Positions 6,816 through 15,102 of a stretch of DNA of 15,102 nucleotides are shown piece by piece. Source of the stretch: Candidatus Heimdallarchaeota archaeon (lineage in GTDB: Archaea > Asgardarchaeota > Heimdallarchaeia > JABLTI01); NCBI GenBank assembly GCA_019058275.1, contig JAHLVW010000091.1:1-15102 (forward strand), in the 5' to 3' direction. The notes beneath the pieces were generated by a model. It was given only the letters and a program-made list of their open reading frames with translations. It had not been told where the DNA came from and searched no databases. Each line of letters begins with the position of its first letter. Positions within the stretch are counted from its first letter, which is position 1. The position numbers and the translations under genes are program-made.

Positions 6816-7414
6816 TTATTATACTCATAATTTTCCTTCATTATATTTAATATGTTACTAATTGTTACTTTACCATTAAAACCATAGACATTTTTATACA
6901 TCTGAGAAATTGATAAAGAATTACATGATGCTAAAAGAACCCAGGAAAAAGTTTGTGATAAAGTCTTAACGATAATTGAGGATGAGATAGATTGCTGCAT
7001 AATTTGACCATGTTCAAGGAATATTGCCCAATCATTTCCTGAAAAAATAATGTAACCGTTATCTAAAGGTTGAATAATCCCTCCAAAAGCTTTGCTTAAT
7101 TCTATTGCTATTAGAAATAAGATTGGCTTATCATTTCTTAGCGCTTTAGATATTTCTTGTGCTATGTAGTACCTAAGATCAAGTTCGATCATTGGACTCG
7201 ATAACAATAATTCACAATTTTCAGGTAAAATTAAATTAGATTTATCTTCAGCTAATAACGAATAAAATTCCAAATAACTTATCATGGTTTCTTTCATCAT
7301 GATATAGCCATTGCTTTTTTCACCCACATCAATTGAATACATGATGCTTGCACTAATTATTACTCCAATAATGAGTAATACACCCAATTTACTTTTCTTG
7401 TTAAAATTGATCAT
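6767..7414 (-). CDS. Secreted or membrane-anchored protein with caspase/CHAT-like His-Cys motifs, possibly 3'-truncated
   Basis: N-terminal KKSKLGVLLIIGVIISASIMY signal/anchor. AIFLEHG and WVLLASCNS, followed by VYGFNGKV, match the clan CD (CHAT/caspase) pattern. Confidence 0.55.
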   Translation of the reverse strand: MINFNKKSKLGVLLIIGVIISASIMYSIDVGEKSNGYIMMKETMISYLEFYSLLAEDKSNLILPENCELLLSSPMIELDLRYYIAQEISKALRNDKPILFLIAIELSKAFGGIIQPLDNGYIIFSGNDWAIFLEHGQIMQQSISSSIIVKTLSQTFSWVLLASCNSLSISQMYKNVYGFNGKVTISNILNIMKENYEYNKIYTNIIQKIGITVVL

Positions 7415-7444
7415 TTTTGATCAATAAAAAATAAATTCAGTAAA

Positions 7445-7549
7445 TATAAAATTTCTTGTAAAAAACAAGATTTGAATATATAGTAAAATTAGATTCGTTA
7501 ATAAGATGTGATATTATAATTTTGAAACCATTACAAAATCATTTTAAGT
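7445..7549. promoter_or_regulatory. Divergent TATA promoters, short-leader or leaderless
   Basis: Minus strand AAGAAA-TTTTATAT (7445-7458) about 30 nt before ATG 7414. Plus strand TTTTAAGT (7542-7549) about 20 nt before ATG 7570. Confidence 0.4.
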
Positions 7550-7569
7550 TTTTAATAAATAACTAATAT

Positions 7570-8490
7570 ATGTTAACCATTAATAACAGCAATTTACCAC
7601 TTTTCATACATCAAGAAGAACCATTAGTCGTTTATGTTATAGATGACAAGCTCATTGGTTGCAAAGAGCATTTCAGATGCGACCGATCATATGCAAAAGC
7701 ATTTTTTTTACTTTATCAAATGTATAATAATCCAATTACAAGATGCGTTTTTCCAAAAAAACTCCAGAAATACTTTAACGAAAAAATCGATATTGAGAAT
7801 ACATTAAGTGATCCATTAGTGGGTTATCCAATCTATCCAGATGATCCCTTATGTAACCTTGATTTAGATATCTTAATTCAAAAGAATAAGGAAATGTCAA
7901 TTACACTTCATAATATAACTTATTTGGATGAACCTCTAAATGTACAATTAAAGCTCTCTTCTTTAGATGCATTTTACCTTTTCGCTAATATATGTACAAA
8001 TGCCGGTTGTAAATGGATTAGAGAATTTTTAAGCAAAAAAGCAATTACCTTTTTTGATGTGGCAACTCTAAGAGAAGGGATATCTGAATTTGATAAAGAG
8101 GTTACCTCGATTGCTTACAATTTTATGCTCGATTATTTACTCTATTTAAGAGAGCAAATTAGCAATAAGACTATTACATTACATTCGATTCTAAGATTAA
8201 GTGGTGCACGCCTATTGGCTTTTCTTGCAGAATTTGAACAAGATATCATCCCAGTCATAACAATCTTTCAACAATTCAGCACGCAACCAAACCTAACAAG
8301 AAACACTAAAATTATGTACTATACTTTCTTTGAAATTTTTAAATTTAGCATGAACAGCTTCAAAAAAGATTCTTCATCTACACTTGAGTTCAATAAAATT
8401 TATTCTGAAAAACAGCAATTCATCAAAGAGATTGAAAAAGTTGTTCTTATGAGATTTTCAAAAAAAGAAACATTAAAGTTATTTCCCTAA
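7570..8490 (+). CDS. Hypothetical cytoplasmic protein, paralog A of an unknown family
   Basis: 306-aa ORF, colinear with 11943..12800 (FPK.LQ..F, LVG, LSS.DAFY.FANIC.N, L.LSG). Confidence 0.85.
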   Translation: MLTINNSNLPLFIHQEEPLVVYVIDDKLIGCKEHFRCDRSYAKAFFLLYQMYNNPITRCVFPKKLQKYFNEKIDIENTLSDPLVGYPIYPDDPLCNLDLDILIQKNKEMSITLHNITYLDEPLNVQLKLSSLDAFYLFANICTNAGCKWIREFLSKKAITFFDVATLREGISEFDKEVTSIAYNFMLDYLLYLREQISNKTITLHSILRLSGARLLAFLAEFEQDIIPVITIFQQFSTQPNLTRNTKIMYYTFFEIFKFSMNSFKKDSSSTLEFNKIYSEKQQFIKEIEKVVLMRFSKKETLKLFP

Positions 8491-8547
8491 TTTCTTATTA
8501 TCTGATATTTCAGCACATTTCATCGTTTAATTAATCTTGCATTAACT

Positions 8548-8564
8548 AAGAAATATTTTATAAA
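8548..8564 (+). promoter_or_regulatory. BRE/TATA promoter
   Basis: AAGAAATAT-TTTATAAA (TATA at 8557-8564) implies a TSS near 8586, which favours a TTG 8610 start with SD-like AAGGA. Confidence 0.5.
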
Positions 8565-8585
8565 TAGAAGATATTTGTAATTTCT

Positions 8586-9545
8586 TTGAAGAGAAAGGAC
8601 AAGATTGTATTGAAAAAAAAGGCAATATTTTTACTTGTAATAATTCTATTAAACTTGCTCCTGCCTATTAATATTACTGAAAATTCTGCTGTCAATATTG
8701 GTGATACATATACTTATGAAATTAGTAAAGCAAGGATTTATGCCATTGTAGGAGAAAATAGCTATTCAAGTGATGGTTTTGAATTTTCTGCTAAAAACTA
8801 CCCTCCAGGAACATTAGTATCTTGCGAAATCACTGATTATATTGATGGTGACATTGAATTAGTTTGTTCTATTGATAACCGTACTCAAATATCATATTCC
8901 GTATCTAATTGGGTTCATATTATATTGGATTACTATATGATTTATACTACAACTAAGGCTTATGAACTGGCTCAAAGTTGGCTAGATATTTTGTTACTTG
9001 AGCTCTTCTTTTTTGGTATTAGACCTTATATTCATCCAACTACATATAGTTACGAATTTTTCAACACACTTGCTGAAGTTTTTAATAGTACCTATAAATC
9101 ATATTCCACTATTTATCCTAATTTTGAGTGTGATTTTAATATCCAATCCTCAAATAACTTGGTATACATTGAAAGCTGGCTTGGTGGGAAAATTAAAGGT
9201 TCCTGTGGGGAAATTTTTGGTTTCAATGATGATGTTCCTACAAATATTAATTTTGGTAATAACTTTCATATTGCATTTATGAATGAAACTGGTTTAGTAC
9301 AAGGAATGGGTTATCGCGGATGGGTTAAAGGTAAGATTAATGAAACTTCTGTAAAAGTTTCTATTGAATATCAATATGAACTTCATAATTATAATTTGCC
9401 TGATTTTATTTTTGGAATTTATTATTATGATTTCAATTCAAATTATTACTATTTATTTTTGTTACCAGTAATTATTATTGGAGGAGCCATAGGTTTTATT
9501 GTTTATAGACGAAAGAAAAAGAAAGTTGGCAATGAACTTCTTTGA
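8586..9545 (+). CDS. Cell-surface protein, choice-of-anchor S family-like, with signal peptide and C-terminal TM anchor (start may be TTG 8610)
   Basis: Signal KKKAIFLLVIILLNLLLP; GDTYTYEISKA; NFGNNFHIAF...TGLVQGMGYRGW...EYQYELHNYNLPDF; TM helix followed by YRRKKKK. The family name is from recall of similar Asgard proteins. Confidence 0.7.
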   Translation: MKRKDKIVLKKKAIFLLVIILLNLLLPINITENSAVNIGDTYTYEISKARIYAIVGENSYSSDGFEFSAKNYPPGTLVSCEITDYIDGDIELVCSIDNRTQISYSVSNWVHIILDYYMIYTTTKAYELAQSWLDILLLELFFFGIRPYIHPTTYSYEFFNTLAEVFNSTYKSYSTIYPNFECDFNIQSSNNLVYIESWLGGKIKGSCGEIFGFNDDVPTNINFGNNFHIAFMNETGLVQGMGYRGWVKGKINETSVKVSIEYQYELHNYNLPDFIFGIYYYDFNSNYYYLFLLPVIIIGGAIGFIVYRRKKKKVGNELL

Positions 9546-9579
9546 GCTTTTTGTTGATTTGTTCTTTTCCTTTCTTTTT
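9546..9579 (+). terminator. Oligo-T archaeal terminator between convergent genes
   Basis: GCTTTTTGTTGATTTGTTCTTTTCCTTTCTTTT directly after the stop. Confidence 0.45.
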
Positions 9580-11611
9580 ATCTTCTTTTTCTAATAATTA
9601 TATAAACTGCTGTACTTATTCCAATTGTTCCTAAAATACTTAGAAGAATGATAATGGCATTCCAATTGAATTGAAAATAGAATTTAATTGATGTTTCCAG
9701 TATTTCCAGATTATCATATCCATCAGCTATATAGAAATAGTTGTCTTTTAGCTCCATTCCGAAAGTAACTCCTCCATCGTAGTAATGGGTTATTTTTTGA
9801 GGAGCAGTTATATCTTTTATATCAAAAATATTTATCCCAGTCGATCCTCCTGTGCAGAGGTATCCTCCTACAAATTGTACTGTATTTATTGATACTAATG
9901 TTTCATCTCTGTATTCCCCAATGTATTGAGGATTGTTTGGGGATGATATATCAAGAAATAGTAGTATATTATCATAGGATGAAGTTATGCAAGCACGATC
10001 TTCATTTACAGTAATATATCTCCAATAGGTGTTATTAGGCAAAAGATATTCTGTAATCAACTGTGGATTTGCAGGATTTGAAAAATCATGCACTTTCATT
10101 TTTGGTATACCACCTGCACTAATTGTGTAGAGGTTTTTTCCATCGATCGCAAGACTATAATAACAATTACCATCGAATATAGTTTCAACTTCTCGGGGGT
10201 TCGTTTTTGAACTTATATCGAGGATTACTATCCCAGTACTTTCTGCAGCAATAATGAGATACTGTGAATATAGTGTAAAATCATAATACTCCACAAATGG
10301 TTGGTGATAATTTCCTATACTAGTAATTTCGTCTCCATCTGTTATACTCAAAATTTCTACATGACCATAATAATCAAGAATATACCCATATCCATCTTCA
10401 ACTATAATGCTATTACAATATCTGATATTAGGAGATTGGTATTGACTAATTTTTTGTGGATGAGATCTGTTAGTAATGTCAAAAACTTCTAATCCTGCAT
10501 CACCATCCGCCAAATAAAGATAATCCTCCTGTAAGCATACCTGACGGGCTATTCCTCCATTTGAAAATTCACTCACTAATTGAGGTACATTAATGGTAGA
10601 AATATCAATAATGAAAACTCCTCTATTTATATCTGTTAAGTAAATATAATTCCCTGCTACTCCTAAACAAGAAAACCAAGAATAGGATATACCTAGCTCT
10701 ATAGCAGAAAGTTTAGTGATATTTTGTAATGATGTTGCATCAGTTACATTGATTATGCTAAGACTAGTATCACTCAATATATAAGCAAAGTTGTTTTCAA
10801 CGAAAATCCTTTCTACCCAATCTTCAATACCACTTTCACTCAATTGGGTAATGTTAGAGATATTACTAATATTGAGTACGACAAATTTGTTTGAATTATC
10901 TAAAAGGTAAGCATAATTATTATTAATTCTTATTTGATAAAATTTTGATTCAACATCTTGATAAATCTCACTTTCGGTAGGTTTAGTTATATTCGAAATA
11001 TCTACCACTCTCATCTGCCCTGCGCTATCAAGGATATACAATCTCTCCCCATCCACAGCATAATCAGCTATATTGTTATCTGGTATTGAAAAGTTAGTTA
11101 TTGATTGCATATTTTTTGGATCAGATATGTTTAGAATTGATAAATTCCCACCATCAACAACAAAAGCAAATCCCTTCCATAACTGCAAATTTCCAAGATA
11201 ACCTTGGAATAGATAGTTGTCAAGTAATTCAGTTTCATTTTCTTTTGAAATATTATAACTCATTAGCATCGAAGAATTCAAACCAAAAATTGACTCATTT
11301 TGAATTTTTACCTCTTTTACATTTCCTTTGATTTCTCTATGGAACGAAAGTGAATCTGGTAAGCTTTTGTTTAAGATTATTATTCCTTCCATTGATGCTA
11401 TTACCATAATATCTTCTTCAAAATCTAAACCTAAGAAAGACCCGTAATTATCATCATATTGTCCAATTTCGACAAGTTTCTCTGTTTGCGAAACCAAGTT
11501 CTCACTACTTGTTGACATTACGAAAGAATTTATTGCTAAATAAATAGGTGTTAGTGAAAGAATTGTAAGAATAAGGTAAGCTCCCTTCTTTGTTATTCTT
11601 TTTAAATTCAA
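9578..11611 (-). CDS. LVIVD-repeat (beta-propeller) cell-surface protein with N-terminal signal and C-terminal TM anchor
   Basis: Repeats such as YLYLADGDAGLEVFDITNRSHPQKIS, GIVILDISSKTNPREV and YFYIADGYDNLEIL; C-terminal TM helix followed by RKRR. Confidence 0.9.
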   Translation of the reverse strand: MNLKRITKKGAYLILTILSLTPIYLAINSFVMSTSSENLVSQTEKLVEIGQYDDNYGSFLGLDFEEDIMVIASMEGIIILNKSLPDSLSFHREIKGNVKEVKIQNESIFGLNSSMLMSYNISKENETELLDNYLFQGYLGNLQLWKGFAFVVDGGNLSILNISDPKNMQSITNFSIPDNNIADYAVDGERLYILDSAGQMRVVDISNITKPTESEIYQDVESKFYQIRINNNYAYLLDNSNKFVVLNISNISNITQLSESGIEDWVERIFVENNFAYILSDTSLSIINVTDATSLQNITKLSAIELGISYSWFSCLGVAGNYIYLTDINRGVFIIDISTINVPQLVSEFSNGGIARQVCLQEDYLYLADGDAGLEVFDITNRSHPQKISQYQSPNIRYCNSIIVEDGYGYILDYYGHVEILSITDGDEITSIGNYHQPFVEYYDFTLYSQYLIIAAESTGIVILDISSKTNPREVETIFDGNCYYSLAIDGKNLYTISAGGIPKMKVHDFSNPANPQLITEYLLPNNTYWRYITVNEDRACITSSYDNILLFLDISSPNNPQYIGEYRDETLVSINTVQFVGGYLCTGGSTGINIFDIKDITAPQKITHYYDGGVTFGMELKDNYFYIADGYDNLEILETSIKFYFQFNWNAIIILLSILGTIGISTAVYIIIRKRR

Positions 11612-11913
11612 GATACCATTCTTCCTATTTCATAGAAGATTTTTTCCAGCTCTCACATCTTATTGCTTAGTAATGGTTATAACCCTTTTATTTAGCTTTC
11701 TCATAAATAATTCCATTAAATTCCTTGTTCTTTCTTTTTATCTTCCTTTGAGCTTCTGTTCCTTTGATCCAAAGTTGATAACTTAGTACAATTGTTCTGT
11801 TAGGTTTAAACTTGAATTCTTTTTTCCCAATCAAGAAACATTAATAATACTGGAAAGTTTTTTATTTTATGATTGCATGTAATGTATTAGAAAAACAGTA
11901 TTTTCTTTTATAT

Positions 11914-11920
11914 GAGGTGA
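11914..11920 (+). promoter_or_regulatory. Shine-Dalgarno GAGGTGA
   Basis: Strong archaeal SD motif upstream of paralog B. Confidence 0.55.
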
Positions 11921-11942
11921 CTCGATCTTAAACTCTCTGCCT

Positions 11943-12800
11943 TTGTTCCTGAATCCTGAACCAATTCTTCTTTATATTATTGATAACACGACACTTGGTT
12001 GTATAGATTATGGTGGGCATGATTCTACACCATATAGAGCCTATAACATCCTTTTGCATATGTTTTCAAATTCACTGACAAAAGTGGTGTTTCCAAAACA
12101 GCTCCAGCAATTTTTCATGAAAAAACAAGAAATACTAACAAAAACGGTATCCAACTGTCTTGTAGGTTGGAAAGATTCATTTGGTGATGCATTTTGCTTT
12201 AATCTATCAGTAAGTGTCCACGAGAAGAGATTACTTCCTGTTCTTCTACATAGTTTTAGCTTTGCTGGAATAGCTCCCTCATTGAAAAAAGAAGTTTCTC
12301 TTTCATCTGAAGATGCATTTTACATTTTTGCTAATATTTGTGCAAATTGTCGTATTCATCATTATTGGTCTTATTTTGTTAAAAATCCTGACACCTCACT
12401 TAGCGATTACCTAAACCACCCCTCAGAGTTAGCAAGGTTAAAACACCTTGGTGCTGATGCTGCAATTACTGACTATTTCATCAATAGTTATTTGCAATTT
12501 ATTCAACAACAATTAGACACTGGTCAAATTCTGCCTGTTAGACTCTTGCAGCTAAGTGGTTCTCAAGTTCTGAGTCTCTTCTCTCATTCCCAATCTGTTT
12601 TGAAGTTTATTGCCAATTGTTTAGAGCAATTAAGAAATCATTCCGAAATGTCACTCAATGAAAAAAGGGTTACTTACTGTTTCATTCAAACCTTCTATTA
12701 TCAACAACCGCACATACCAACAATTCTAACAGAATTCTTTGAAAAGAATAAGAGCTTAATGGAGGATATCTGGCATTCAATTAGGAAAGAATTTCAATAG
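11943..12800 (+). CDS. Hypothetical cytoplasmic protein, paralog B of an unknown family (true start probably ~11925-11928)
   Basis: Colinear with 7570..8490. The similarity (NSLPLF vs NSNLPLF) extends upstream of TTG 11943. Confidence 0.85.
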   Translation: MFLNPEPILLYIIDNTTLGCIDYGGHDSTPYRAYNILLHMFSNSLTKVVFPKQLQQFFMKKQEILTKTVSNCLVGWKDSFGDAFCFNLSVSVHEKRLLPVLLHSFSFAGIAPSLKKEVSLSSEDAFYIFANICANCRIHHYWSYFVKNPDTSLSDYLNHPSELARLKHLGADAAITDYFINSYLQFIQQQLDTGQILPVRLLQLSGSQVLSLFSHSQSVLKFIANCLEQLRNHSEMSLNEKRVTYCFIQTFYYQQPHIPTILTEFFEKNKSLMEDIWHSIRKEFQ

Positions 12801-12981
12801 ATAAATTAGTGGAAAAATAAGAATCTTAAAAATCAATCTTAACCTTTTTTCGTGGTACCTAAATAACTTTGAAAAAGTTGATTAGTGAGAAGGACAACGC
12901 TATTTCTATCCATTTACCTGCACACGAATCGGAAAATAATCATCTCTTTTGAAAAAAAAGAAAAAGGGTTTTTCTTACCCT

Positions 12982-13539
12982 TTAAATGACAAGATTTACT
13001 GGAGGTACAAGTGTTACACACCAACCCGAAGAAAGTGCTCTGTATACAAAACCGGTTTTGAACCAAATGTTTTGATTGTGGATGTATCTTGTGCAAATAG
13101 ACCCATAGACAACATAAACTAATTTTATGTAAATTGTTGTACTATATCGAGTATCAGATGCTATATCTGGAGTGACAGAAAAAGTGATAGTGACTAACAT
13201 ATTTGGGTCACCCCATTCAATGACTGCAGAATCAGTTTGTAATACTTTAGAATCTGCTCCACCATTATCACAATCTACCCATAGATAGACATAGTCTACG
13301 CCAACTTCGGTAACGTACATACTTGGTGATTGCAGTATAAATTGTATTCTTCCTTCGACCTTGGGTAAATATGGATATAATCTCGTTGTCATGTGCAAAA
13401 CCCAGATGTAATAACTTGGATTATTGGGATGTTTTCCAGAAACAGTTGAATCGTAGTAAGTAGCAGCCAAAACTCCGGGAACATTAACCAGTAAGGCAAA
13501 TATTGTAAATGTTAGAAAGAGCTTAAATTTCTTTTTCAT
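12982..13539 (-). CDS. Secreted beta-rich hypothetical protein
   Basis: Signal peptide MKKKFKLFLTFTIFALLVNVPGVLA|A; alternating beta-strand pattern; SD AGAGGAG 9 nt upstream; T-tract downstream at ~12952-12965. Confidence 0.8.
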   Translation of the reverse strand: MKKKFKLFLTFTIFALLVNVPGVLAATYYDSTVSGKHPNNPSYYIWVLHMTTRLYPYLPKVEGRIQFILQSPSMYVTEVGVDYVYLWVDCDNGGADSKVLQTDSAVIEWGDPNMLVTITFSVTPDIASDTRYSTTIYIKLVYVVYGSICTRYIHNQNIWFKTGFVYRALSSGWCVTLVPPVNLVI

Positions 13540-13563
13540 AAAAATTCTACTCCTCTTCTATTG

Positions 13564-13582
13564 TGTTAACATACTGTTAACA
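13564..13582. promoter_or_regulatory. Tandem palindromes TGTTAACA-N3-TGTTAACA, putative operator
   Basis: Copies at 13564-13571 and 13575-13582 (11-bp period), between a TATA-like TTTTAATAAA (~13605-13614, minus strand) and the SD of the 13539 gene. Confidence 0.5.
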
Positions 13583-13756
13583 AGATAATTTATTTTTTAT
13601 GAATTTATTAAAATTGTGTGGTTAAAATTCTGTCGAGTTGATAGTTGATATTTTGTCGTCACTTCATGGTTTTATATTCATTCAAATTTAAACAATTTAA
13701 TCAATATTTTTCCTATCAATTAGATTCAACTTTTAAAAAAATAGTATTACTCTCGA

Positions 13757-15100
13757 TTAAACTTCATGTTTAAATCGAGGTAATTTCTTAAAGACTCGAC
13801 TTAGAAAATAACCACTAACAATAACTATAACCAATCCTCCAATAGAACCAAAAACAATAGACAGTATTCTATTCCTACGAGTTCGAGGATTGCTTTTTGG
13901 ATCTAAAGGATCAAACCCCATATCAATTTCTTCTTTATCAGTGAATCCATCCTCATCTGTATCTGGATTGTTTGGGTCAGTTAAATAGTAATTTACTTCG
14001 CTACCATCGCTTAAGCCATCCTCATCTGTATCCTCATCATTCGGATTTGTTCCTGACTCGTTTACCTCATAACCATCACTCAAGCCGTCATCATCCGAGT
14101 CTGCATCATTTGGATCTGTCTGGTATTCAGTTACCTCTTCCCCATCTCTTAACCCATCCTCATCTGTATCTGGATTATTTGGATCTGTTCCAAGTAGAAA
14201 TTCATCACTGTTTACGAGTCCATCACTATCAGCATCATCATTTGCATCATTTACTATTGGATTAAGGTTATTATCTACTTCATAATCATCCGGCATGCTA
14301 TCTCCATCAGTATCTGCTAACAGAGGGTTTGTGCCATATAGATACACTTCATCTCCATCCAATAAACCGTCTCCATCTGTATCAGGATTAGTTAGATTTG
14401 TGGATCTAAAGACCTCTTCTTGGTCATCTAATTTATCTTCATCAGTATCCGCAAGTAAAGCATTCGAAAAGTAAACATTTACTTCATCATAATCTGATAC
14501 TCCATCCTTATCTGTATCATTTGATAGTGGATTGAGTCTAAAAATATAGTTTCTATAAATTCTATCCTTTACATATGTGGTTTGAAATTCATTTAAATTG
14601 GTTAATCCATCACTATCTGGGTCATTCATCGAATCATCAATTAATGGATTCAATGAATAGAATATTTCATATCCATCATTGATATCATCATTATCAGTAT
14701 CTTCATTTTGCTCATTAGTACCTCTTATCGACTCTTCGTAATTCGAAAGAGTATCTTTATCATCATCCCAAGCAAGAATTGTCAACCCATTATACCCGCA
14801 GGCAATAAATATCAGCTCTTCTTCTATACATGAACTCTGCAACTCCTTTCCCCTCCTCCATTCAGCCTGAATAGCAATATTTTCAGGATTGGTTATATCA
14901 ATTACTTTCACAATTTGAGAACTTAGGATAAGTGCAGAATTTTCGTAAAGATTTATTTCATGTCCAATAACCTCTATTACTAAGTTGCTTAGAAGCTCAG
15001 GCACCGTGGGATTTGTATAGTCGTATATTATAAAATTTAATGGTTCAGCAAGTAGGTAAATAAGATTACTCTCACCCAAGGCAAAATTAAAAATATAATA
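13757..15100 (-). CDS. LVIVD-like plus DxDxDG/TSP3-like repeat surface protein with C-terminal TM anchor, 5'-partial
   Basis: Frame open to the window edge ([11 protein letters not shown]...). LVIVD-like [20 protein letters not shown] and [13 protein letters not shown]; DTDGDGL.DG.E repeats; [24 protein letters not shown] with a basic tail. Confidence 0.88.
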   Translation of the reverse strand, partial: YYIFNFALGESNLIYLLAEPLNFIIYDYTNPTVPELLSNLVIEVIGHEINLYENSALILSSQIVKVIDITNPENIAIQAEWRRGKELQSSCIEEELIFIACGYNGLTILAWDDDKDTLSNYEESIRGTNEQNEDTDNDDINDGYEIFYSLNPLIDDSMNDPDSDGLTNLNEFQTTYVKDRIYRNYIFRLNPLSNDTDKDGVSDYDEVNVYFSNALLADTDEDKLDDQEEVFRSTNLTNPDTDGDGLLDGDEVYLYGTNPLLADTDGDSMPDDYEVDNNLNPIVNDANDDADSDGLVNSDEFLLGTDPNNPDTDEDGLRDGEEVTEYQTDPNDADSDDDGLSDGYEVNESGTNPNDEDTDEDGLSDGSEVNYYLTDPNNPDTDEDGFTDKEEIDMGFDPLDPKSNPRTRRNRILSIVFGSIGGLVIVIVSGYFLSRVFKKLPRFKHEV

Positions 15101-15102
15101 AC

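Noticed and set aside
8998-13096. ORFs 8998..9282, 10301..10492, 11101..11331, 12914..13096
   Set aside because: Alternate-frame or antisense overlaps of well-supported genes.
13972-14265. His-rich 97-aa ORF
   Set aside because: CAT codons arise from the antisense of GAT-GAT/GAT-GG runs in the DxDxDG repeats.

Overview
AT-rich archaeal window, inferred to be Asgard (Heimdallarchaeia-like) from the BRE/TATA promoters, a GAGGTGA Shine-Dalgarno, and LVIVD, choice-of-anchor-S-like and DxDxDG-repeat surface proteins. Bases 1 to ~1750 are the right part of a compositionally distinct, A-rich CRISPR-derived module with no CRISPR array in view. It holds a 5'-partial Cas7/Csm3-like RAMP gene and a Cas5-like RAMP fused to a Cas10-type circularly permuted HD nuclease, which is split by a 1-nt frameshift. 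These are followed by ~200 nt of hairpins (candidate guide/scaffold ncRNA) and a convergent 34-37 aa single-TM ORF that the ORF track missed. A loop of the candidate RNA matches an inverted repeat upstream of that small ORF. The rest is a variable cell-surface region: two DxDxDG (TSP3-like) repeat proteins (one mosaic, with FN3 domains and a decayed 5' end), a PRC-barrel protein, a secreted caspase/CHAT-like protein overlapping a truncated radical SAM/SPASM gene, two paralogs of an unknown family, a choice-of-anchor-S-like protein, an LVIVD repeat protein and a small secreted beta protein. All assignments come from reading motifs by eye; no searches were run.
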